Assembly (NCBI GenBank): GCA_964490705.1
Contig: CAZBCG010000011.1
Coordinates: forward strand, 8,834-72,833
Origin: an uncultured Balneolaceae bacterium
GTDB taxonomy: Bacteria; Bacteroidota; Rhodothermia; Balneolales; Balneolaceae
Length of the DNA: 64,000 nt
Direction of reading: 5' to 3'
Shown: positions 9,980 through 19,738 of the stretch, piece after piece
Layout of the letters: each line of letters starts with the position of its first letter
Numbering within the stretch: the first letter of the stretch is position 1
Program-made: the position numbers and the translations under genes
Notes under the pieces: model-generated
The model's database searches: none
The model's input: the letters and a program-made list of their open reading frames with translations, nothing else
Told to the model about the DNA's origin: nothing

Positions 9980-11296
9980 TTAGGTGTCGGAATCCAATTC
10001 TTTTTCCATCTGTCGTTTTTTCTTTTGTTTCTGTTTTTGGGATTCCCGATCAAACTGTTGAATAAAATTGTCGAGCTCGCTGCCGCTCAAGAACGAAATC
10101 TTCTGCGTTTCTTTGTATTGCTGATAAAACACCGAAATGAGTGCTGCCGAAGGTACGGCAATGAGCAGTCCCAAAAAGCCAAACATAAATCCAAAAAGCA
10201 ATAGAGAAACCATGATGAGCAGCGGATGCAGCCCCACATGGCGACCCACAACATGGGGGACGATAAATCCTGATTCGAGCACCTGCTCAATGGCAAATAC
10301 AATATAGATGCCCGGCAGAAATTCGTACCAGGGCTGACCAGTCGAAATTCCCACAATGGTACAGAACGTGACGCTAAGCCATAGCCCAAAGGTGGGAATA
10401 AAGTTTGTCAATCCCGCAATAATTCCCAGCACGAGGGGATATGGCACGCCCACTAGGTAAAAACCGATACTGAGGTTTGTGGCACTAATCAGCACAACGA
10501 TAAACTGACCGCGAATATAGGACCCTACGATACGACTAATTTCTGTTGTATAATCGGTAGAGACATCAGATGGTGTGATAAGTGAGCGGACAAACACCCC
10601 GATTTTTTCATAGTCACGGATCATAAAAAAGCAGAGAAACGGCATCAGGATGATGAAAAATATGACGGCCACAATATTGCCGATCCCCGAGAGATAGGTT
10701 GCTGACAGTGATGTCATGTTTCGGTAAAATTCTCCGGTGAGTACCTTGACCTGTGTTACAAGTTGTGTCTTAACAGACCCCGTATCGAATCCCAAGCGTT
10801 CAAAGACGGCTAAAATGCCCGAGTTTTCCACCATGGTTTCAGTATTGTTGGACATCTCATAAAACAGGGAGCCCAACTTGGATAGCTGTTCTATAAGTGT
10901 TGGCACAGTAAGAAAAAGAACAAGTGCTAACAGCCCCAGACTACCGGCAGTAAAAATAGTGGCAATGGCACCCCGCGGAATGCGTCGCCGCTCCAGGATC
11001 TCAACAAGAGGATTAATCAGGAAAGCAATAATGTACGCCAGCACAAAGGGGATCAGCAGGTGCCCCGAATCATAAATAAGCCACAGCCCCGCCGAAAAAA
11101 AGGTAGCATAGATTAGCGCCCGAGCTACCGGTTGCTTTCTGATGGGATACAGCACAATGCCGATAATCAATCCATAGGCCAGCGGATTAAAGAGATGATT
11201 CAGCTTGTACATCAAAAAAAGCAGTCCGGCTACACCGCCGCCCATCAATATTAATTGTCCGCGCTCATTTAGCCATGATTGGGGATGTTTGGTCAT
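9980..11296 (-). CDS. AI-2E family (PerM-like) transporter
   Basis: Multi-TM protein, 'YIRGQ', 'NFIPTFG', 'GLHPLLIMVSLL..GFLGLLIAVP'. Confidence 0.9.
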   Translation of the reverse strand: MTKHPQSWLNERGQLILMGGGVAGLLFLMYKLNHLFNPLAYGLIIGIVLYPIRKQPVARALIYATFFSAGLWLIYDSGHLLIPFVLAYIIAFLINPLVEILERRRIPRGAIATIFTAGSLGLLALVLFLTVPTLIEQLSKLGSLFYEMSNNTETMVENSGILAVFERLGFDTGSVKTQLVTQVKVLTGEFYRNMTSLSATYLSGIGNIVAVIFFIILMPFLCFFMIRDYEKIGVFVRSLITPSDVSTDYTTEISRIVGSYIRGQFIVVLISATNLSIGFYLVGVPYPLVLGIIAGLTNFIPTFGLWLSVTFCTIVGISTGQPWYEFLPGIYIVFAIEQVLESGFIVPHVVGRHVGLHPLLIMVSLLLFGFMFGFLGLLIAVPSAALISVFYQQYKETQKISFLSGSELDNFIQQFDRESQKQKQKKKRQMEKELDSDT

Positions 11297-11433
11297 ATAC
11301 GAGCTAAGTCAAATGCTTTGAAATCGTTGGATTTTAATGCTACAACAAGAGTACCCTAATATATTGATTAAGCAAAAAAGCTAAAGAGAATTTTATTGAA
11401 ATGGTAACCAGCTAAATTGTAGGCAGAATGTAT

Positions 11434-13851
11434 CTATTTCTTTTGATAGATGTGATGACCATTGGAATAATACCGGATGGCCCCGTCGAGGCTGGTGAAC
11501 TGAATATTTGGGATAGATTTCCTCAGTCTTTTAACGGCCGCGGGATGAGGATGCCGAAACTGGTTTTCCCTGGCTAGTGATACGACACCTATTTGTGCGG
11601 TGGTTTGTTGTAGCAGGTTTGAGCTCGAGCTGGTTTTGCTACCGTGGTGCGGCACCTTCAGAAAATCGGTATCGACAAGCGTGGGAAAGTTGTGGATAAG
11701 TTGCCGTTCCTGACTTTGTTCCGCATCGCCTGTAAACAGGAATTCCGTTTCGCCATAAATAAGTTCAAGAATCAGAGAGCGATTATTGACGTTAGAGCTT
11801 GTGTTTTGCGGATCCGGTCCATAGGCAAAAATTCGGATGGCCGGATCCAGTGAGATTTGGTCGCCGGAAGAAAGTGATACAATCGGTATCTGTTTTTGGG
11901 CGGCTTTCTGTTGATAGGTTTGATACAGCTTAGAATCATATTGTGCCCCTGAATTATAAATGGTATCGATGGGAATTTGGGCGATAAGTTCGAGCATTCC
12001 GCCGATATGATCAGCATGCGGGTGCGAAAGAAAAACGGCATCCAGCTTGTCGATACCTTCTTCTTTGAGATGCGGGATGATGATATATTTGGCGCTGTTG
12101 TAATCGGGTTGCCAGCGCCCGGCATCCACCAGAAAGTGCTTGTTGTTGGGTGTTTTCACGAGCGCCGCATCGCCCTGGCCAACATCAAATACGGTCAGCT
12201 CTAGCCGTGCCGGCTGTAGTTTTTGGATAATTTTCGTACCCTGATTAACGCAGAGAAGCATCAGCAACACCGCCAGTACCTTCCAGCGCATTTTGGGGAT
12301 GGGTAGAGCGGCAATTAAAAAGATGATGGTTGTCCAGATGGCAAAAAAGAGCAGGCTCTCGATGTGGACTTGCACCCAGCTCCACGGCCAATTGGCGGCC
12401 ATATCCACAAACCAGTCGAGTGCTTGCAAGAAATATTCAATGGGGATATTGAGCGTTTGGGCGATATTCGGAAATGCCATGCCGAAAGGAAGCAAGACAA
12501 GTGCCAGGGGCACGGCCAATCCCAAAACGGGGACAACGAAGGCGTTGGCCAGCGGACCGACGATCGAAAATTCGCCAAAGTGGTAGGCCAGCAGCGGGAA
12601 AAGTCCCAGCTGCACGATAAAAGAGATCACCACGACCATCAGCGGCTGACCGTACCACCGGTATTGAATCCAAGCAGGCAATTGACGCGAGATCACGGGC
12701 GCGGTTAACAAAATAACATAGACGGCTGCGAATGAAAGCTGAAAGCCGATAGTAAATAGGTCGCCGGGATTAATGAGTAGAATGATTAACGCGGCAACGG
12801 CCGTCAGGTTTTTCGAATCGCGGACTTTGTGAAAAAGCTTGCCGTATGCCAGCAGTCCGCCGACCAGCGATGCGCGCGTGACCGAGGCTGGAAAGCCTGT
12901 CAATCCCGCATAGAAAAACAGAAAGCCAATGAGCAGAGCCAGTCCAATTTGTTTACCGTAGCGAAATGTCCAGAAAAATGGGATGGCCAGCCAGAATGGG
13001 GCAAGGATAAAGCCCACGTGTAATCCCGAAACCGCCATGATGTGAGACAACCCGGCTCGTGAAAACGCAATTTTATCTTCGCGTCCCAATTCATTTTTAT
13101 GGCCGATGAGTAAAGCTTTTGCCAATGGCGCAGTTTGTGGGCTAAAATTATTGTTGATGGCATTGAGTACGTGTTGACGATAAAAGCTCCAGCTCAAAAA
13201 TCGGGTTGTTTGATCTTCAATGGCATTGATTCGGACGATGCCCACTTGTGTGTAAATCCCGATGGAGGCCAGGTAATTTTTGTAATCGAACTGCGAGGGA
13301 TTTCGGGGTTCTTCCAATGGATATACAGTGGCTCGGAACGTCATATGATCACCCAGCGTAAGATTATCAGGCAAGGATAAATCATCGGGATTGAGCACGG
13401 CGCGCAGCTGATATGATTTTGACCAGGAAATGTCGCCGGGAAAGACGGTCGAATCCACCGTTACATCAATCTGATATTTACCCGTGCTTGTTTCTTTAAT
13501 TTGATGAACCTTGCCCGAAAAGGTGAGTTCTTGCCAAGTGTAGCTGTTAAGAACAGTGGCTTTTGGTGGGGGTTCCCGGTAATCAAAAAAGGAGTGCCAG
13601 GCGCTGCCAAAGGCAAGGATCAATCCTAGGTAGCAGGCGATGGCCGATCGTGACAGGCTGGGTCGGAAGTAGTGTTGGTGCAGCAGTTCAAATCCCACAT
13701 ACAACAAGGCAAATGATGCAACGATGGCAATCCATATGGGCGTCGAAAGATCAAAATGATAGTCCGCCAGAATGCCCGCGACCATCAGCAGCGCCAACCT
13801 GACGGCGGGATACGAAGCAAAGGGGAATCGATATTTTTGATGGATATCCAC
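11434..13851 (-). CDS. comEC: DNA uptake competence protein ComEC/Rec2
   Basis: 'GLSHIMAVSGLHVG', 'GFQLSF', metallo-beta-lactamase domain 'DVGQGDA', 'SHPHADH', 'KVPHHGS'. Confidence 0.96.
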   Translation of the reverse strand: MDIHQKYRFPFASYPAVRLALLMVAGILADYHFDLSTPIWIAIVASFALLYVGFELLHQHYFRPSLSRSAIACYLGLILAFGSAWHSFFDYREPPPKATVLNSYTWQELTFSGKVHQIKETSTGKYQIDVTVDSTVFPGDISWSKSYQLRAVLNPDDLSLPDNLTLGDHMTFRATVYPLEEPRNPSQFDYKNYLASIGIYTQVGIVRINAIEDQTTRFLSWSFYRQHVLNAINNNFSPQTAPLAKALLIGHKNELGREDKIAFSRAGLSHIMAVSGLHVGFILAPFWLAIPFFWTFRYGKQIGLALLIGFLFFYAGLTGFPASVTRASLVGGLLAYGKLFHKVRDSKNLTAVAALIILLINPGDLFTIGFQLSFAAVYVILLTAPVISRQLPAWIQYRWYGQPLMVVVISFIVQLGLFPLLAYHFGEFSIVGPLANAFVVPVLGLAVPLALVLLPFGMAFPNIAQTLNIPIEYFLQALDWFVDMAANWPWSWVQVHIESLLFFAIWTTIIFLIAALPIPKMRWKVLAVLLMLLCVNQGTKIIQKLQPARLELTVFDVGQGDAALVKTPNNKHFLVDAGRWQPDYNSAKYIIIPHLKEEGIDKLDAVFLSHPHADHIGGMLELIAQIPIDTIYNSGAQYDSKLYQTYQQKAAQKQIPIVSLSSGDQISLDPAIRIFAYGPDPQNTSSNVNNRSLILELIYGETEFLFTGDAEQSQERQLIHNFPTLVDTDFLKVPHHGSKTSSSSNLLQQTTAQIGVVSLARENQFRHPHPAAVKRLRKSIPNIQFTSLDGAIRYYSNGHHIYQKK

Positions 13852-14018
13852 ATAGGTATGACCGTTGAGCAGCCTAATCCTTACTTATTAAATTATGTTT
13901 CAGTAAAAAGATACGCTTTGAAATGGCGTTGTCGGTGCTTATAATTTTATCGCAGATCAGAATTGACAACTTTTCTGTGGATTAACAGAGCTGAAAACCG
14001 CAATTAAATGCTAAGAAT

Positions 14019-15041
14019 ATGAAATTCGGGAAGTCGCTAATTTTTGCATTGGTAATGGGATTGATGCTGGGCTGTTCAAGTACGGCAGACCAGCAGGATA
14101 CGACGAAAAAAGACTGGGCACTGGTGATTCACGGCGGTGCCGGAACGATCTCGAAAGATAAGCCGGATTCGGTTATCACGGCCTATCAAAATGATCTGAA
14201 TGAGGCGCTTTCGATTGGCGAAGAAATTCTTGCTGATGGTGGTTCTGCATTGGATGCGGTGGAACAGGCGATCAACTATATGGAAGATAATCCCAGGTTT
14301 AATGCCGGCAAGGGCGCCGTTTTTACCCATGACGGCGGACACGAACTGGATGCGGCGATTATGGTGGGTAACAGTCGCAAAGCCGGAACTATTACGGGTG
14401 TTAAAACCGTGAAAAATCCCATTTCACTGGCCCGAATTGTGATGGAAAATTCAAAGCACGTGATGTTTGCCGGAGATGGTGCTGAAGAATATGCCAATCA
14501 ATTTGATCTGGAACGGGTAAATCAGGATTATTTTTACACCGAACAGCGCTACAAAGCTTGGAAGCGTGCACTGCAGGAAGAAAGTCAGTCTGGTGTGTCG
14601 GAGCAAGAAGATACAGGCAAATATTATATAAAGGATAAGTACGGTACCGTTGGAGCTGTTGCTATTGATAAAGACGGACAAATTGTAGCGGGGACCTCTA
14701 CCGGCGGCATGACAAACAAGAAATTTGGTCGCGTTGGTGATGTACCCATTGTCGGGGCCGGGACCTATGCGAGTGATGTGGTTGCTGTTTCGATGACCGG
14801 CTGGGGCGAAAAGATTATGCGTGCTGTATCGGGACATACAATCAGCGCCTATATGAAACACAAACCGGCAACGATTGAAGAGGCCGGCAGTTATCTGCTG
14901 GAGGATGTACTAAATGAAGGCGAAGCCGGAATGATTGCTGTGGATAAATATGGCAATACCTACATGGGGATGAATACAACGGGCATGTTTCGTGGGACTG
15001 TTGACTCGGAAGGGAATCGGGAAGTCGCCATCTGGGAATAA
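14019..15041 (+). CDS. iaaA: Isoaspartyl peptidase/L-asparaginase (Ntn hydrolase), lipoprotein
   Basis: 'VIHGGAG', 'FNAGKG', autocleavage 'GTVGAVA', 'TSTGG', 'GRVGD'; lipobox LGC. Confidence 0.92.
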   Translation: MKFGKSLIFALVMGLMLGCSSTADQQDTTKKDWALVIHGGAGTISKDKPDSVITAYQNDLNEALSIGEEILADGGSALDAVEQAINYMEDNPRFNAGKGAVFTHDGGHELDAAIMVGNSRKAGTITGVKTVKNPISLARIVMENSKHVMFAGDGAEEYANQFDLERVNQDYFYTEQRYKAWKRALQEESQSGVSEQEDTGKYYIKDKYGTVGAVAIDKDGQIVAGTSTGGMTNKKFGRVGDVPIVGAGTYASDVVAVSMTGWGEKIMRAVSGHTISAYMKHKPATIEEAGSYLLEDVLNEGEAGMIAVDKYGNTYMGMNTTGMFRGTVDSEGNREVAIWE

Positions 15042-15043
15042 CA

Positions 15044-15128
15044 AAGTGTTAATGCTAGGAACGTGTTAATGTGTTAAGGAACAACCAAAAATGACTTAAT
15101 AGTAAAACGTTAACACATAAACACGTTT
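15044..15128. repeat. Inverted pair of degenerate octamer arrays (ACGTGTTA / TAACACGT), empty copy
   Basis: Left AACGTGTTAATGTGTTA pairs 16/17 with right TAACACATAAACACGTT; between convergent genes. Confidence 0.85.
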
Positions 15129-15132
15129 ACCC

Positions 15133-15883
15133 TTAAAAGTTGTTATAAAACTGTTCCCGTAACTCTTGAATATAGATGCCGATACTGTTGCGGAGCTCAA
15201 AAAGCTGCTCGTGGAAATAGATGTATTGGTTTTGGGTGATGTAGGGAGCGCCTTTTAAATCACGCTGAAGAATGGTAAGCGCATCATTAGCGCAGTGCAA
15301 CGCTTTTTTGGTGTAGGCAATATTACCACCCAGAAATTCTCGATCGAAGCCAAAAGAGTATCCGCCCGTAATTTTAGCACTCACTTTGAGTACGTTGCCG
15401 ATAAAGCTGTTGTACTCCGGTGTAAAAAAACTTGGGATTGATACTTTCCGCCCATTGCAGGATAATGGCAGCCAGCTCCCGGGCATCATTGTAGATATCA
15501 AAAGTGTCGATGGAGCCGTTTTCAGAAAGGGCAAAATCGGAGCTTAACTCTTTCCACTCTTCCCCGTCATCGTAGTCGTCGTCATCTTCCAGTTCATCGA
15601 AAAAGAAATCATCGAGGTCGCCATCCCAATCCTCATCAAAATCTTCGTCATCTTCATCCGGGAAGTAGGCCTCATCAATCTGTAGCTCTTCTTCGATAAA
15701 CGCATCCACAGCATCTAGCTCATCGGAACTTTCTTGCAACAGAATTAGCCATCGCGGAGTATTCTGCGAGTAATCGGGAGCAATAAACTGTCGCAAATGA
15801 GAGCTCTGTTTTTCTATTTCGTTTAGGTGAGCTTCCCAGTCGTGCTCATCCCAAATATCATCATGGAAATCACCGTTAAACAT
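15133..15883 (-). pseudogene. Acidic hypothetical protein split by a 1-nt frameshift in a T7 tract
   Basis: ORFs 15374..15883 and 15133..15534 join into one 249-aa frame if one A of 15424-15430 is removed (..INPKFF|TPEYNSF..). Confidence 0.65.
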
Positions 15884-16069
15884 AAAAATGGATATTAGAT
15901 GATGCGATTAATTAGTGTCGTGACTACCACCCAAATGGATCAGTCACGCACCAGATAAGTAACGCTTTTTAGAGATAAATTGGTATAGAAATTTTTTGGG
16001 ATGTTAAGTCGCACCAGAACGGTGTTGCCCAATACTGTACGGCAAACAAAATGAAAAGGCTTGAGCGAA

Positions 16070-16906
16070 TTACAGTCGCTCCAACACGCCCTTAATAATC
16101 TGCGACATTTTAGGCTCGGCCATACCCGCTGCTGCGACGACTTCCTCAATATTTACCGGTTCCAGCGCATCGGGGAAGCATTCATCCGTAATCACTGAAA
16201 TGCCGAGAACTTCCATGCCCATGTGCACGGCCGCAATTACTTCGGGGACGGTACTCATTCCCACCACATCGGCGCCGATCATGCGCAGAAAGCGATATTC
16301 GGCTTTGGTTTCCATGGTGGGTCCGCTGAGCGCAAGATAGACGCCTTCGTGCATTTTGATGCTGTTGTCCAGCGCTACCTGCTCGGCTACATCGCGGAGC
16401 CGCTCGGTGTAAGGGTCGCTCATATCCGGAAATCGAGGCCCGAGTTCATCATCATTGGGACCAATCAGCGGGTTGTCGCCAAACATGTTGATATGATCGT
16501 TGATCAGCATGATATCGCCGCGCTCAAAATTGGGATTCATCCCGCCGCAGGCGTTGCTGACAATAAGGGTGCTGGCACTGAGCGCTTTAATTACGCGGAT
16601 CGGGAAAGCAATCTCCTGCATCGAATATCCTTCGTAATAATGAAAGCGCCCCTGCATAGCCACGACATTTTTACCGCTTAGCGTGCCAAAAAGCAGTTCT
16701 CCAGCATGACTTTCGACCGTGGAAACGGGGAAGTGTGGGATATCGGAATACGAGATGCTATTATCTACTTCAATTTCGTCTCCCAGATTTCCAAGTCCTG
16801 TGCCCAGGATAATGAGATAATCGGGACGTTCATCGGTTTGGTCTTTGAGAAAGTTAAGCGCTTCTTGTCGCTTGTTGCGGAATTCTTCTACAGATTCACG
16901 GTCCAT
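16070..16906 (-). CDS. punA: Purine-nucleoside phosphorylase (trimeric type)
   Basis: 'ILGTGLG', 'MQGRFHYYEGY', 'NACGG', 'GPTMET', 'VGMSTVPE'. Confidence 0.95.
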   Translation of the reverse strand: MDRESVEEFRNKRQEALNFLKDQTDERPDYLIILGTGLGNLGDEIEVDNSISYSDIPHFPVSTVESHAGELLFGTLSGKNVVAMQGRFHYYEGYSMQEIAFPIRVIKALSASTLIVSNACGGMNPNFERGDIMLINDHINMFGDNPLIGPNDDELGPRFPDMSDPYTERLRDVAEQVALDNSIKMHEGVYLALSGPTMETKAEYRFLRMIGADVVGMSTVPEVIAAVHMGMEVLGISVITDECFPDALEPVNIEEVVAAAGMAEPKMSQIIKGVLERL

Positions 16907-17040
16907 GTGGTAAAAGCTACTTTTTGGTTAAATGGCTTAAAAAAATAGTGAAAGCAGAGCAAAAAATATATTGTTTGGAGATGGCAGGGATGAGAAATAG
17001 CAAAGGGAAAATAAGAAATGAAGGTCCTATGCTCTTATAC

Positions 17041-17670
17041 CTAGTCTAACTCGTCGATGATATCGTCCATGTCTTCGGCGCCGGGTGGCAGCGGCTGGGC
17101 TTCATCCTCAAAATCTTCGGAGTCCTGATCATCAGTTAATTTCTTTTTGCGGCGCTCGGCTTTTTCGTTGAGCTTATCAGAGAATTTGTCATCATCAGCG
17201 GGCAGATCAAAGAGGGCGGCCTCATCCTTGGAGAACTGTTCCAGCGATTCCTGGGCCATTTCCAGATACGAGCGAATGCCGCCGATGATTTCTTTGCGCC
17301 GGTCGAGCAGGCGAATAATACTTTGGCGTACCTGCTGGCGCTGTTGCGTAGCCTCGCGGATGATCGATTCGGCCTCCATTTCCGCCTTTTCGATTTTGTT
17401 GCGGGCATCTTTGCGGGCCCCGGTCAGCTTTTGTTCGGCTGATTCTTTAGCCGTTTGCAGCGTTTCGTGGAGGGCTTCCTCAACGCGCTCGTAATGCTTG
17501 AGTTTTTCTTCCAGCTCATCAATACGTTCTTCAAGCTCCCGATTTTTAGCGACAAGATGTTCCCATTCGTTGGACATCAGGTTAAGAAAAGCCTGTACCT
17601 CTGCCTTGTCATATCCGCGAAGCGATTTCTCAAACTCCTGTTGCTTAATTTCAAGTGCTGTAAGTTTCAT
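17041..17670 (-). CDS. divIVA: DivIVA domain protein
   Basis: 'LTALEIKQQEFEKSLRGYDKAEVQAFL' followed by long coiled coil. Confidence 0.93.
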   Translation of the reverse strand: MKLTALEIKQQEFEKSLRGYDKAEVQAFLNLMSNEWEHLVAKNRELEERIDELEEKLKHYERVEEALHETLQTAKESAEQKLTGARKDARNKIEKAEMEAESIIREATQQRQQVRQSIIRLLDRRKEIIGGIRSYLEMAQESLEQFSKDEAALFDLPADDDKFSDKLNEKAERRKKKLTDDQDSEDFEDEAQPLPPGAEDMDDIIDELD

Positions 17671-17714
17671 ATCGGTTGCCCTAAATACTCAGGAAAATTG
17701 GTGAAAGTTGACGC

Positions 17715-18086
17715 TTATTCTTGAAGCATGTTTTGTAGATTGTTATCGCCACTCGAGCTGGATTGTTCCTGCTCAGTTTCGCGATCCTCTATTTCGATGT
17801 TTTGTTTTGGGGCCTCAATCTGTTTGGTACTTTTTGAGGATTCCGTTTTGGTGCCCTCATCCTCATTGGCAATAATAGCCTCGAGGTTCTGCAATCGGCT
17901 TTCGGTATCTTTTTTGTATTGCATAAATGCCTTCGCCAGCCGATCGAACTGCTCTTCTTCAATTGAACTGTTATTCCTGTTGATCCATGCTTTTATCAAC
18001 CCAAAAGTCTTAGCGGCTAAGTAACCAACAAGAGCAAAAGCTCCAATTGAGCCAACTAATGCAACTACCATCTCTTCAAAACTCAT
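17715..18086 (-). CDS. Small membrane-anchored coiled-coil protein (PspB-like), paralog 3
   Basis: N-terminal TM, 'GLIKAWINR', 'RLQNLEAIIA', acidic tail; ATGA overlap with upstream gene. Confidence 0.75.
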   Translation of the reverse strand: MSFEEMVVALVGSIGAFALVGYLAAKTFGLIKAWINRNNSSIEEEQFDRLAKAFMQYKKDTESRLQNLEAIIANEDEGTKTESSKSTKQIEAPKQNIEIEDRETEQEQSSSSGDNNLQNMLQE

Positions 18087-18373
18087 GGTCGAACCTGGTC
18101 TTTAGATTTTAAATCATTGCTCAAACTACTATCGTTTCTGGGAGCCTCAATTTGCGAAAAATCATTACCCCGATCCTCATCTTCAGCGATAATAGTTTCA
18201 AGGTGTTGAACTCGTTCGGTCATCTCTTTTTTGTGTTCTACAAATGCCCGAGCTAACCGATCAAAATTTTCTCCGATTTCACTATTGCCGGAATCCCTGT
18301 TAATCCAGGCTTTGATCAATCCTGTAGCACAGGCAATAGCTACAATGGTGACAACAAAGATTTCTCCTTCCAT
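18083..18373 (-). CDS. Small membrane-anchored coiled-coil protein (PspB-like), paralog 2
   Basis: N-terminal TM, 'GLIKAWINR', 'RVQHLETIIA'; TAATG overlap with upstream gene. Confidence 0.75.
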   Translation of the reverse strand: MEGEIFVVTIVAIACATGLIKAWINRDSGNSEIGENFDRLARAFVEHKKEMTERVQHLETIIAEDEDRGNDFSQIEAPRNDSSLSNDLKSKDQVRP

Positions 18374-18687
18374 TACTTGCTCCTCCGTTTATTTGCGATA
18401 TCAGAGACTTCCTGCTGATTTTCTTCCTTGATGGAGTCATCATCAATCTCAATTTCTTCCATGCCGCGTCCTGCACCGGTCGAAAAATCCTCGGGTTCAC
18501 CGGCCGCAATAGCTTCAAGGTTTTCAATGCGACCCTTCAGCGAATTGACGAGCTTGCGCAGATCCTCGACCTCTTCCTCATTTTGGCGACTGCGGTTCAT
18601 CATCGACATCTTATTTTTTTGATATTCGATGATAAAGCCACCGATAATTGCCACGAGCGGTATGAGAACCCAGATCCAAGCTGCCAT
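18373..18687 (-). CDS. Small membrane-anchored coiled-coil protein (PspB-like), paralog 1
   Basis: N-terminal TM 'WIWVLIPLVAIIGGFII', 'RIENLEAIAA', acidic tail. Confidence 0.75.
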   Translation of the reverse strand: MAAWIWVLIPLVAIIGGFIIEYQKNKMSMMNRSRQNEEEVEDLRKLVNSLKGRIENLEAIAAGEPEDFSTGAGRGMEEIEIDDDSIKEENQQEVSDIANKRRSK

Positions 18688-18768
18688 GTTATTTAAATTC
18701 TTTAGTTGTGATTATGTAATGTACTAAATTGTAACAATATTGAAAGGATGGTATAACGATAATTTCGG

Positions 18769-19473
18769 TTAGTAGTTACGTTCGCCAAAGATGGCGCGTC
18801 CCACGCGTACCATGGTCGAACCCTCCTCGATAGCTATTTCCATATCATTGGTCATACCCATCGAAAGTTCATCGAGCTGAACATTGTCGGATTCAAATTT
18901 CCGGTGATTGTCACGGATTTCGCGCAGCTTTTGAAATTCCGGACGCACGCTTTCCACTTCATCGGCATCGACAAACGTGGCCATTCCCATCAGCCCTCGA
19001 ACGCGGACGTGATCGAGCCCTTGCGCATACTCCAGAATTCCTTTCAGATCACTGGCCTCGCAGCCGCTCTTTTGGTCTTCGCCGCTGATGTTGATCTGCA
19101 CCAGCGTATTAATGACGCGGTCGATACGGGAGGCTCGTTTCTCAATTTCTCTCAGGTATTTCGATTTTGATATCGAATGAATCCAGTTTACCCGCTGCAC
19201 CATATATTTGATCTTATTGGTCTGCAGGTTGCCTACCATATGCCACTGGATTTGCTGCTCCTCGTATTCATCCATTTTGTCCTGCAGTTCCCTGGCGCGG
19301 TTTTCCCCAAAGTGAATCTGTCCGCAATCAAAGGCTTTTTTGATGTCATCCAGCGGCTTCATCTTGCTTACGGCCACCAGTGTAATTTCATTGGGATCTC
19401 GACCCGCTTTTTCACAGGCATTGGCAATTCGGTCTTTGAGATTAACAATGTTTTGACAAATATCTTCGGCCAT
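18769..19473 (-). CDS. yggS: PLP homeostasis protein (YggS family)
   Basis: 'LVAVSK', 'FGEN', '[11 protein letters not shown]', 'LSMGMTND', '[13 protein letters not shown]'. Confidence 0.97.
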   Translation of the reverse strand: MAEDICQNIVNLKDRIANACEKAGRDPNEITLVAVSKMKPLDDIKKAFDCGQIHFGENRARELQDKMDEYEEQQIQWHMVGNLQTNKIKYMVQRVNWIHSISKSKYLREIEKRASRIDRVINTLVQINISGEDQKSGCEASDLKGILEYAQGLDHVRVRGLMGMATFVDADEVESVRPEFQKLREIRDNHRKFESDNVQLDELSMGMTNDMEIAIEEGSTMVRVGRAIFGERNY

Positions 19474-19738
19474 GGAGCAGTCGGTTATTTGGGTTCAAAG
19501 GTGTAGCTAATATGATAACGGAAATTCAACAGTAGATAATTAAGCAAGTCATCAATCCGGTTAAAAATAAGCTTTTAAGAAAGCTATTAAAATGGTATTT
19601 TATGAGTCTGAAACAAAGAATCGAACATACTTTGATCACTCACACACTGAGTATTTTTTATTTCGAATCTGATATAATCGCTTTTCACCTCAGGTGCGAT
19701 TCAACCGCAATGCCAAAGCACGGGGGGCGATAGCCAGA

